Source: an uncultured Armatimonadia bacterium
GTDB lineage: Bacteria > Armatimonadota > Zipacnadia > Zipacnadales > CAYWBK01
Direction of reading: 5' to 3'
Assembly (NCBI GenBank): GCA_964455745.1
Contig: CAYWBK010000001.1
Coordinates: 1 to 59,080, forward strand
Length of the DNA: 59,080 bases
The notes under the pieces were generated by a model. It saw only the letters and a program-made list of their open reading frames with translations. It did no database searches and was not told the origin of the DNA. A program made the position numbers and the translations under genes. Below, in pieces: positions 16,390 through 25,535 of the stretch; within the stretch, counting starts at the first letter, position 1; the number at the start of each line of letters is the position of its first letter.

Positions 16390-16556
16390 GGTGCTTAACC
16401 TGTGGCGCTCCAGCAGAGCGCCAAGGCCAGCGCCGAGTTCACTCGGCGAACTCCGTTGCCCATCCCCCGCGCGAGGCCGCCGACTGAAGTCGGCGCTGGC
16501 CTTGGCGTTCCTTCGGATCGCCTTGCAGGTTAAGCACCGGGCACTGAAGTGCCCGG
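16390..16556. repeat. About 165-nt nested palindromic element (MITE/BIME-like or structured RNA)
   Basis: 13-bp outer arms (16390-16402 / 16526-16538) and 16-bp inner arms (16419-16434 / 16492-16507), both perfect. Two hairpins with TGAA loops at 16478-16495 and 16537-16556. Confidence 0.7.
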
Positions 16557-16631
16557 TCTAGATCGAACGTCACACGAGACTGAAGCAACCACCAATCACA
16601 TTCATCATACTCATTATGCTGAATTCCCCCT

Positions 16632-16660
16632 TTTGCCCCGCGCCGCACTTATGCTATACT
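16632..16660 (+). promoter_or_regulatory. Sigma70-like promoter candidate (extended -10) for the phosphofructokinase gene
   Basis: TTTGCC (16632-16637), 17-nt spacer, TGcTATACT with TATACT at 16655-16660. Confidence 0.45.
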
Positions 16661-16733
16661 TCCCTCTCGTCCGTGCAACCGTCCATCTACGGGCCCGTCC
16701 GGCCCGCCATTGTCACTGGGAGGTAAGTTACCC

Positions 16734-17963
16734 ATGTCGCTCAAAGGAAACGCACTCATCGGCCAGTCCGGCGGGCCGACCATTGTCATCAATGCCAGCC
16801 TCGTCGGAGCCGTCCAGGAAGCCCAGAAGACCGACAGCATCGACCGCTTCTTCGGCGGCATCCACGGCCTCGACGGCGTGCTCAACGAGAAGTTCATCGA
16901 CCTCTTCCGCGAGGACGACAACGTCATCGACGCGCTGAAGACCACCCCGTCCGCGGCGCTCGGCTCCAGCCGCCTGAAGCCCAAGGAAGCCGACCTCGAG
17001 CGCGTCCTGCAGGTCTTCAAAGCCCACAACATCCGCTATTTCTTCTACATCGGCGGGAACGACAGCCAGCTCACCTGCCACAAAATCTCCGAACTGGCCG
17101 CCGGGTCGGATTGGGAGATGCGCGTGATGGGCATCCCCAAGACCATCGACAATGACCTGCCGATCACCGACACCTGCCCGGGCTTCGGCAGCGCCGCTCG
17201 CTATGCCGCCGCCGCGGTGCAATATGCCTCCAAGGATGCCGAGGCGTTCGGCAATGGCGAGGTCATCGAGATCATGGGGCGACACGCGGGCTGGATGACC
17301 GGCGCGGCCCAGGTCGGCCGCCTCGATGACTACATGGCCCCGCATCTCGTGTATCTGCCCGAGGTCGCGGTGGACATCGACGACATCGCCAACGACGCCA
17401 AGGCCGCGTTCAAGAAGCACGGCTATGTGGTTGTGGCGGTCTCGGAGGGCCTGGAATTGACGAAGAGCGCGGAAGACGAGGCCAAGCTCGACGAGTTCGG
17501 CCACGCTCGCCTCGGCGGCGTCGCAAAAGCCCTCGCCGGGATGCTGGAGGAGAAGGTCGGCGTCCGCTTCCGCCACGACACCCTCGGCAACCTGCAGCGC
17601 TGCTTCGCCGCGAGCGTGTCGGAGACAGACTTCAACCAGGCGTATGCGGTCGGCCAGCAGGCCGTGAAACTCGCCGTCGAGGGCGAGACCGGCTACATGA
17701 TTACCATCGACCGCGAGAGCGATGAGCCGTATGCGTGGCACCTGGGCATGACCGAACTGATGAACGTGGCGGACAAGACCAAGTACGTGCCGCGCGATTG
17801 GGTCAACGAGGCCGGCAATGGCGTGACCGAGGAATTCATCAGATACGCCAAGCCGCTCATCCAGGGCCGCGAGGTGGCGCTGCCGACCGGCATCCCCGCT
17901 TTCCCGCGCCTGCAGAAGCATTTCATCGAGCCGAAGCTGCCGGAATATGTGAGGACGAAGTAG
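16734..17963 (+). CDS. pfk: Phosphofructokinase-family enzyme, probably PPi-dependent
   Basis: SD GGGAGG lies before the ATG at 16734. GQSGGPTIVINAS, YIGGNDSQ, PKTIDNDL, EIMGRHAGW. Confidence 0.85.
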   Translation: MSLKGNALIGQSGGPTIVINASLVGAVQEAQKTDSIDRFFGGIHGLDGVLNEKFIDLFREDDNVIDALKTTPSAALGSSRLKPKEADLERVLQVFKAHNIRYFFYIGGNDSQLTCHKISELAAGSDWEMRVMGIPKTIDNDLPITDTCPGFGSAARYAAAAVQYASKDAEAFGNGEVIEIMGRHAGWMTGAAQVGRLDDYMAPHLVYLPEVAVDIDDIANDAKAAFKKHGYVVVAVSEGLELTKSAEDEAKLDEFGHARLGGVAKALAGMLEEKVGVRFRHDTLGNLQRCFAASVSETDFNQAYAVGQQAVKLAVEGETGYMITIDRESDEPYAWHLGMTELMNVADKTKYVPRDWVNEAGNGVTEEFIRYAKPLIQGREVALPTGIPAFPRLQKHFIEPKLPEYVRTK

Positions 17964-17980
17964 GGGCGAACGGCGTTGAA

Positions 17981-18062
17981 CCACAGAGACCCGGAGAGCA
18001 CAGAGAACGGCTGGGAAACGGCTGTCATTGCACGGCCGGGGCCGTTCTCTGTGTCTCTGCGG
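17981..18062. terminator. Long hairpin between convergent genes (candidate bidirectional terminator)
   Basis: cacagagaacggc (17999-18011) pairs with gccgttctctgtg (18041-18053). An outer ccacagaga / tctctgcgg extension adds to the stem. No clear U-tract. Confidence 0.5.
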
Positions 18063-18123
18063 TCAATCGTCGCATGGCGTATCTCGTAGCATGAGGCTTG
18101 TCCGGTCCACCGGCGTGGCGACA

Positions 18124-19443
18124 TCAGCCGCCGAGCACTCGTTTCGCCTGCGTCACCGTGCGGGCGGTCAGGCCGCTGATGCGGTTGATCTCGAAACCCG
18201 CTACTGCGCTGTGCAGCGTGTCGTTTAGCGGCGCGGTCCATTTCTCCGGCACGCCCTCGGCCCCCAGTAGCGCCCCCATGACCGACCCCGCTGTCGCCCC
18301 GTTGCAGTCCGTGTCCAGGCCGCCCATGACGGCGATGCAGATCGCCTTCTCGAAGTCGCCGCTCGCGTGCAGGCACCCGATGAGCACCACGACCGCGTTG
18401 TTGATCGTATGGACCGGGTGGTAATGGCCGTACTTCGCGTCCATACGGCTCCACGTCGTCTCCCAGGCATCATCCTCGGCGCACCAGGCCACCGTGTCCC
18501 GCACGGCCTCGGCAAGGCGCGACTGCGCGGGGATCTCGGACAGCGCGATCTCGATAGCCGCGTGCAGGTCGTCGGTCGCCACGCACGCGGCGATCAGCGC
18601 GGCGAAGAACATCTCCCCGTAGATGCCGTTCTTGATGTGCGAGATGCAGGCATCGCGCCAGGCGAACTCGGCGGCTTTCTCAAGCCAGGTGGCGGCGCAA
18701 TAGGCGAAGCCGTCGCAACGGATCTGGGCCCCGATCCACTCGCGGAAAGGGTTCATCAGCACGGCGGACTGGGGCGGCCAGACCTCGTCGACGAAGTTGC
18801 GGTAGGCCTCGCGCTCGGCGGTGTAGACACGATGGTACGGCAGGCACTCGAGCCAGACGCCGGCGACATCGCGAGGCGTGAAGTCGGGGCCGAAACGCTC
18901 CAGGCAGTGCAGGCCGATGACGGTGTAATCCGTATCATCGTCGCGCGCGCCATAGCGGATGTTGCCCCGGAGGCAGTCGTTGTCGGGCGGGTAGGCGGCC
19001 ATGCCCTCGGGGACCTCGCGAACGGGCGGGAAGTAGTCGGCGAGCGGGTAGGCTTGCGCGTGCTTGAGGATCGCCTCGATGTCAGCCTTGCGCCACCCCT
19101 CGACCGGCTTGCCTAACATGCACCCGACCGTGCGGCCCAGCCACGCGCCGCGGATGCGGTCGGACAAGACCCCATCGGAGACCGCCGGGAGACGGCGCGG
19201 GCCCTCGGGGCGGGCTGCCCTGATCTCGGCGAGGGTCGAGAGCTCGATATACGGGAAGTCGGGCACGGAGCGAGCCTCGGCGGCCTGGTTCCACCATGCG
19301 AGAAGGGCGTCGTGCTGCGGGATCGGCGCGAGGCTTGTGGCCTGATCGAGGAGGGTCCTCAGAGCGGTCGTATCGCAGCCTTCCTCGGCCAGTTGGGCAA
19401 GCTCCGCGAAGGCGAGATTGCGCAAGGTATCGACGCTGAGCAT
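18124..19443 (-). CDS. ADP-ribosylglycohydrolase family protein
   Basis: ARDDDTDYTVIGL and GGLDTDCNGATAGSVMGALLG. Start chosen at the ATG at 19443 (MLSVDTL...) with an AAGGA SD. Confidence 0.85.
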   Translation of the reverse strand: MLSVDTLRNLAFAELAQLAEEGCDTTALRTLLDQATSLAPIPQHDALLAWWNQAAEARSVPDFPYIELSTLAEIRAARPEGPRRLPAVSDGVLSDRIRGAWLGRTVGCMLGKPVEGWRKADIEAILKHAQAYPLADYFPPVREVPEGMAAYPPDNDCLRGNIRYGARDDDTDYTVIGLHCLERFGPDFTPRDVAGVWLECLPYHRVYTAEREAYRNFVDEVWPPQSAVLMNPFREWIGAQIRCDGFAYCAATWLEKAAEFAWRDACISHIKNGIYGEMFFAALIAACVATDDLHAAIEIALSEIPAQSRLAEAVRDTVAWCAEDDAWETTWSRMDAKYGHYHPVHTINNAVVVLIGCLHASGDFEKAICIAVMGGLDTDCNGATAGSVMGALLGAEGVPEKWTAPLNDTLHSAVAGFEINRISGLTARTVTQAKRVLGG

Positions 19444-19599
19444 GAGCGTGTTCCTTTCGGGCGGGATGTGGTAGGGGTTCGACCGCCGAGAGGGTGTGAC
19501 CTGCCGGGGGAGGGCGGCGACCGGACTGGGGTGGCGGGCGGAGCCGCTCATCCTCTGCCGTCGCCTGCTGAAGCGGAAACAATGAAGGCCGATTCTGTG

Positions 19600-19628
19600 T
19601 TGACCTCTCCGAACACGGTTGGTATACT
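19600..19628 (+). promoter_or_regulatory. Near-consensus sigma70-like promoter for the hdrBC-like/glt-like operon
   Basis: TTGACC (19600-19605), 17-nt spacer, TATACT (19623-19628), about 38 nt before the ATG at 19666. Confidence 0.55.
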
Positions 19629-19665
19629 AACGGGCCAACGTCGTAGCTAAGGACGGCTCCTTGTC

Positions 19666-21066
19666 ATGTTTGCTGCCTTCTGGGGTTGCTTCATCGCGGG
19701 CAGGTTCCCATTCCTCGAAAAGTCAACTCGCGCCGGCCTCGATCAATTGGGCTTTGAGTTTGCTGACCTCGATGGCTTTACCTGTTGCCCCGAAAAGTCC
19801 CTCGTCAAGAACCGAAGTGAAGAGATCTGGCTTCTGACCGCGGCGCGCAATCTGGCGCTCGCCGAGGAAGCCGGACACGACCTTTTCAGCCCTTGCAACG
19901 GATGCGTCGGCACCCTCAAAGGCGCCGAGAAGCACATCGTCAACGACTCGAAGCTGCACGCCGAGGTCAATGAGAAGCTCGCGACCATCGGCAAGCGGCT
20001 GGAGGGCAACGTCGATGTGCGGCACCTGCTGGAGATCCTTCACGATGTCATCGGCCTCGACCGCATCCGCCAGAGCGTCGTGCATCCGCTGAAAGGTCTG
20101 CGCGTGGCCGTGCACGCGGGGTGCCACCAGACGCGCCCGAGCGAGGACCTCGAACTCGACGACCCCCTCGACCCGACGATGTTCGAGAAGATCATCAAGG
20201 CTCTCGGGGCGACGGTCGTCGACTACCCAAGCAAGCTCTTGTGCTGCGGCGGGACGATGAACACGGCCGGGCTCACCGAGCCGGCCGAGAACATGACCCG
20301 GCGCAAGCTGCGGGAACTGTCGGACATCGGCGTGGATTGCATCTGCGTCGTGTGCCCGGCGTGTTTCATGCAGTACGACATCGCCCAGTTCAACATGGAG
20401 CGCCAGGGGCACCGCTACAACGTGCCGGTGGCGTACATCATGGAACTCATCTGCGTCGCGATGGGGCTTGATGTCTCGGAGATGGGGCTGGACATGCACC
20501 GCATCCCCATCGAGTCGGCGCTGGAGAGGTTCATCTCCGGCGCGAGTGATAAGCGCACGATCCGCAGCCGTTTCGACATCCCGGCGATGGAGCGATGCCT
20601 CGAGTGTCAGGCGTGCTCGCGCAATTGCGCGGCGATGCTCAACGAGAACGCCTACAGCCCGTACGAACTGATGCGCAGCGTTGTGGAGGGCGACCTGGGC
20701 GAGGCGCTCAAATCGGAGGACGTGTGGCGGTGCCTGGAGTGCTATGAGTGCAAGGAACGCTGCTTCCAGAACTTCGGCATGATTACCGCGATGCGGACGC
20801 TGAAGGAGCTTGCGATCGAGCGCGGCCTCGCGCCGACAGCCGTGACCGCCGGCATCCAGGCGTTCGAGGACAGCGGTCTTCTCACACAGCCCTCCGCCTC
20901 GCGGCGCAAGAAGCTGGGCCTCCCGGACTCGACCAAGTCGGGGATCGAGGAACTGCGGGAGCTGGTCGGCCTGGAAGCCAAGCCGCGGAAACGGCAGGAG
21001 TCAGGAGCTGACGGCAGCGGCGAGAAAGCGGCAGGGGGACGCCGTCGCCGTGTGCCGCCGTCCTGA
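19666..21066 (+). CDS. HdrB-like (two CCG domains) fused to an HdrC-like 2x[4Fe-4S] domain
   Basis: FWGCF..FTCCPEK..SPCNGC; HAGCHQ..LLCCGG..VCPAC; CLECQACSRNC and CLECYECKERC. Confidence 0.8.
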   Translation: MFAAFWGCFIAGRFPFLEKSTRAGLDQLGFEFADLDGFTCCPEKSLVKNRSEEIWLLTAARNLALAEEAGHDLFSPCNGCVGTLKGAEKHIVNDSKLHAEVNEKLATIGKRLEGNVDVRHLLEILHDVIGLDRIRQSVVHPLKGLRVAVHAGCHQTRPSEDLELDDPLDPTMFEKIIKALGATVVDYPSKLLCCGGTMNTAGLTEPAENMTRRKLRELSDIGVDCICVVCPACFMQYDIAQFNMERQGHRYNVPVAYIMELICVAMGLDVSEMGLDMHRIPIESALERFISGASDKRTIRSRFDIPAMERCLECQACSRNCAAMLNENAYSPYELMRSVVEGDLGEALKSEDVWRCLECYECKERCFQNFGMITAMRTLKELAIERGLAPTAVTAGIQAFEDSGLLTQPSASRRKKLGLPDSTKSGIEELRELVGLEAKPRKRQESGADGSGEKAAGGRRRRVPPS

Positions 21067-21107
21067 TCTCAGAGCGCCCGGCTCCCGGGCACTGCTTTCG
21101 CAAACGT

Positions 21108-21233
21108 GTGCCGCATTTTACGCATCTACGCGAGTTCCATTCTGGCGGGAGGGAATGAAGAGTCGACGACCGCCGTGCGCCGTCTTCCCAACTCCTAACT
21201 CCCATATCCCGCCTCTTCAGGGGTGTAAACCCG
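21108..21233. repeat. Solo right-arm element with a decayed 3' remnant of a four-helix-bundle ORF
   Basis: Diverged copy of 24466-24601. An identical 21-mer agttccattctggcgggaggg lies at 21133-21153 and 24497-24517. Heptads cttccca/actccta/actccca are followed by cccgcctcttcagg directly before the ATG. Confidence 0.65.
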
Positions 21234-22316
21234 ATGTTTCGTGACTACAACCGCGACAGCGCGGCTTGCGGCCTTATCGGCTGGATGAACCGCAAGGGCA
21301 AGAGACAGGATGGCGCCGGCATGATCCGGGCCATCGAGAACATGCAAGAGCGGGGCAACGGCCTCGGCGGCGGATACGCGGCCTACGGCATCTACCCGGA
21401 GCATCGCGACCTGTATGCGATGCACCTGATGTACGACGGCGAGACCGCAAAGGCCAAGTCGGAGGACTGGATCAAGAGCCGGTTCGATATCGAGCACGCC
21501 GAGCCGATCCCGACCCGCAAGTCGTCGGCCATCCGCAACGAGCCGCTGCTGTGGCGCTATTTCTGCAAGCCGAACGGGGACTATGGCTACGGCACCGAGG
21601 CGGACTACGTCGTCGATGCGGTGATGGGCGTCAACGTCGAAATCGACGGGGCGTTCGTCTTCTCCAGCGGCAAGAACATGGGCGCTTTCAAGGCCGTGGG
21701 CTTCGCCGCGGACGTGGGCCGTTTCTTCCGGCTCGACGAGTATGAGGCCTACATCTGGACCGCGCACGAGCGCTTCCCGACCAACACCCAGGCATGGTGG
21801 GGCGGAGCGCATCCGTTCTGTCTGCTGGACTACTCGGTCGTCCATAACGGCGAGATTTCGTCTTACGGGATCAACCGCCGGTACCTGGAAATGTATGGGT
21901 ATAGCTGCACGCTGCAGACGGACACCGAGGTCATGGTGTATCTGTTCGACTTCCTCGTCCGCAAGCAAGGGCTGCCACTGGACGTAGCCGCAAGCGTCGT
22001 GGCAGCGCCCTTCTGGAAGGACATCGACGACGAGCAGGACCCGCAGAAGAAGGAATTGGAGACGACCTTGCGGACGGTATACGCCTCGGCACTGGTCAAC
22101 GGGCCGTTCGCGATCCTGCTGGGTCACTCGCGCGGGCTGATGGGTCTCAACGACCGGATCAAGCTGCGACCGATGGTTGCGGCGGAGGACGGCGACGATC
22201 TGTATATTGCGAGCGAGCACGCGGCAATCCGCGTCATCTGCCCTGAGCCTGAGCGCACCTGGATGCCGAAAGCCGGCGAACCCGTGATGGGGTGGCTGGA
22301 TGAGGGCGTCGCCTGA
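21234..22316 (+). CDS. Class-II (Ntn) glutamine amidotransferase, glutamate synthase domain-1-like
   Basis: ...SAACGLIGWMN (Cys12), RGNGLGGGYAAYG, HNGEISSYG; 360 aa. Confidence 0.8.
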   Translation: MFRDYNRDSAACGLIGWMNRKGKRQDGAGMIRAIENMQERGNGLGGGYAAYGIYPEHRDLYAMHLMYDGETAKAKSEDWIKSRFDIEHAEPIPTRKSSAIRNEPLLWRYFCKPNGDYGYGTEADYVVDAVMGVNVEIDGAFVFSSGKNMGAFKAVGFAADVGRFFRLDEYEAYIWTAHERFPTNTQAWWGGAHPFCLLDYSVVHNGEISSYGINRRYLEMYGYSCTLQTDTEVMVYLFDFLVRKQGLPLDVAASVVAAPFWKDIDDEQDPQKKELETTLRTVYASALVNGPFAILLGHSRGLMGLNDRIKLRPMVAAEDGDDLYIASEHAAIRVICPEPERTWMPKAGEPVMGWLDEGVA

Positions 22317-22358
22317 CGGCGAACGGCTTCCTACCCCTGCCGCGCTGCGCGCGGCCAT

Positions 22359-22424
22359 CCCCTCCCTCGTAGGGAGGGGAAACGGCGACCTCACCCCCGG
22401 CCCCTCTCCACAAGTGGAGAGGGG
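22359..22424. repeat. REP-like hairpin pair in the intercistronic gap
   Basis: cccctccc-tcgta-gggagggg (22359-22379) and cccctctccac-aa-gtggagagggg (22401-22424). The second recurs at 39925-39950. Confidence 0.7.
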
Positions 22425-22514
22425 GGAAGAGCGCACTTTCCCGCGCGGCGCGGTATATCCCGGTAGCAGGGAGCCCGCGATGCGCGTTCAAACCAACGAG
22501 TTGGATAGATTAAC

Positions 22515-24026
<1,512 letters not shown>

Positions 24027-24083
24027 GGACGGCGAGGACGGCAGGAGTTGGGAGTTGTGGAGTTAGGAGTTGACGGCAACGGC
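24027..24083. repeat. Left arm of the four-helix-bundle insertion (heptads GGAGTTR plus GACGGCAACGGC anchor)
   Basis: ggacggcgaggacggc-aggagtt-gggagtt-gtggagtt-aggagtt-gacggcaacggc, directly after the TGA at 24024-24026. Confidence 0.7.
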
Positions 24084-24144
24084 GGCAAGTCCGGTCCGGG
24101 AGTTTGAGGACGGCGGCTGGAACGCTGAAGCCGATACGAGGGGA

Positions 24145-24531
24145 ATGCCTGTGGGGGACAGACCTGTCGCCAAGAGCTTCAGAGACCTCATTGTCTGGCA
24201 GAAGGCGCATGAGTTTGTCTTGTATGTATATCGCCTAACTGAGGATTTCCCTAGAAACGAGATGTTCGGCCTTACGTCTCAACTCCGCCGCGCTGCCGTG
24301 TCCGTGCCCGCCAATATTGCCGAAGGATTCCGCCGCAGAGGGCGGGCGGACAAGGCTCATTTCATGAATATCGCCGAGGCTTCGCTGGATGAGGCGCTCT
24401 ACTATCTCATTCTCGCCCAAGACCTCGGGTATAGCGAAACCCAAGATGGCGTCGCGCAGGCCGAAGCCGTGAGCGCGCATACTGCGCGCATACGCAAGTT
24501 CCATTCTGGCGGGAGGGGAGTGAAGGTTTGA
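24145..24531 (+). CDS. Four-helix-bundle protein (TIGR02436, 23S rRNA intervening-sequence protein family)
   Basis: FRDLIVWQKAHEFVLYVYRLTEDFPRNEMFGLTSQLRRAAVSVPANIAEGFRR. ATG at 24145 follows GAGGGG. Confidence 0.85.
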   Translation: MPVGDRPVAKSFRDLIVWQKAHEFVLYVYRLTEDFPRNEMFGLTSQLRRAAVSVPANIAEGFRRRGRADKAHFMNIAEASLDEALYYLILAQDLGYSETQDGVAQAEAVSAHTARIRKFHSGGRGVKV

Positions 24532-24543
24532 TGGCCGGCGTCC

Positions 24544-24598
24544 GTCGTTTGCCGTCTCCTAACTCCCAGTTTCCAATTCCTAACTCCCGCCTCCTCAG
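24544..24598. repeat. Right arm of the four-helix-bundle insertion (inverted relative to the left arm)
   Basis: gtcgtttgccgtctc-ctaactccc-agtttcc-aattcct-aactccc-gcctcctcagg, ending in AGGTGA before the next start codon. Confidence 0.7.
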
Positions 24599-25345
24599 GT
24601 GATTAACGTGCAAATCGACGCAACCGGAACCCCGTACCGACAGCTTAACGAGCAGGTTCGGGAAATCGCGGAGAACGGCGAGAAGGCCATCGAACTCGTC
24701 AATGTCAACGGTCATCGATATATCGGCGCGGGGCTGAAGAAAGGCGTCAGCATCGACGTCTTCGGCATACCGGGCAATGACCTCGCCGCCTTCCTCAATG
24801 GCGCGACCATCCATATCCACAACGGCGCCCAGGATGGCGTAGCCAATACGATGAACGACGGCTCGGTCGTCATCGACGGCGATGCGGGCGACGTTCTCGG
24901 CTACGGAATGCGCGGCGGCGAAGTGTATGTGAAGGGCGACGTCGGTTATCGCGTGGGCATCCACATGAAGTCGGACAAACACCGCTCGCCGGTGATCGTT
25001 GCCGGCGGTCGTGCGGGCGATTTCCTCGGCGAGTACATGGCCGGCGGGACGCTGGTAGTGCTGGGCCTGGAAGAGGACACCAAGCCGCTCATGGGCGATT
25101 ATTGCGGCACCGGCATCCACGGCGGCACGATCTACCTGCGCGGGGAGATCGACAAGTCGCACATCGCGACGCGAGATGCGACACTGCGCGAGGCGGACGA
25201 AACGGACCTGGAGAAGGTCAAGCCGTACATCGCCAAATTCTGCGAGCGCTTCGGCTACACGATGGAGCAGGTCATGGCGGAGAAGCTGTGGGTCGTGGCT
25301 CCGAACCGGCGCAGAGCTGGCGCGGCGTATGTGGCGAATCCATAG
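24599..25345 (+). CDS. GXGXG-motif protein (glutamate synthase domain-3 / FwdC-like)
   Basis: GHRYIGAGL..IDVFGIPGNDLAAFLNGATIHIHGNAQDGVANTM-like repeats and GGEVYVKGDVGYRVG. GTG at 24599 or in-frame GTG at 24608. Confidence 0.85.
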   Translation: MINVQIDATGTPYRQLNEQVREIAENGEKAIELVNVNGHRYIGAGLKKGVSIDVFGIPGNDLAAFLNGATIHIHNGAQDGVANTMNDGSVVIDGDAGDVLGYGMRGGEVYVKGDVGYRVGIHMKSDKHRSPVIVAGGRAGDFLGEYMAGGTLVVLGLEEDTKPLMGDYCGTGIHGGTIYLRGEIDKSHIATRDATLREADETDLEKVKPYIAKFCERFGYTMEQVMAEKLWVVAPNRRRAGAAYVANP

Positions 25346-25371
25346 GGCGAAGCATCGCGAAAAGGAGCATC

Positions 25372-25411
25372 AGCGCCCGGTTGGCGAGAGTCAGCCGGGC
25401 GCTTTGGGTTC
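25372..25411 (+). terminator. Rho-independent terminator after the glt-like operon
   Basis: gcgcccgg (25373-25380), 14-nt loop, ccgggcgc (25395-25402), followed by tttgggtt. Confidence 0.6.
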
Positions 25412-25535
25412 TCGTCTCCGGAATGCGACAGCGTTCACATTTGTAACCGATGGCGGCTGCTGGCGCGCCCGTGCAGCGAGTTTGGCGTTCAGATTTCGGT
25501 GGAGTGCCATCTCTCGCGGAGGGTATTATTCTGGT

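Noticed and set aside
16728-17984. 418-aa ORF antisense to the phosphofructokinase gene. Similar long antisense or off-frame ORFs lie at 123..689, 918..2126, 10448..11455, 19723..20499, 22806..23879, 31763..33067, 38630..39898, 40144..41709, 42348..44006, 47383..48609, 50585..51982 and 55699..56916.
   Set aside because: They are Arg/Ala/Gly/Pro-rich low-complexity translations, typical of the non-coding frames of high-GC genes. Each lies opposite or within an ORF with clear family motifs.
25176-25535. Upstream extensions of several ORF-track entries: ada from 25176, sulfatase-like from 6432, SGNH from 31047, 31802, 37351, 38645, GH43 to 30174, GH42-like to 46772, esterase to 6179, cysK to 41649, comM from 50525.
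   Set aside because: The extensions are low-complexity, overlap neighbouring genes or repeats, and internal starts have SD sequences and family-typical N-termini.
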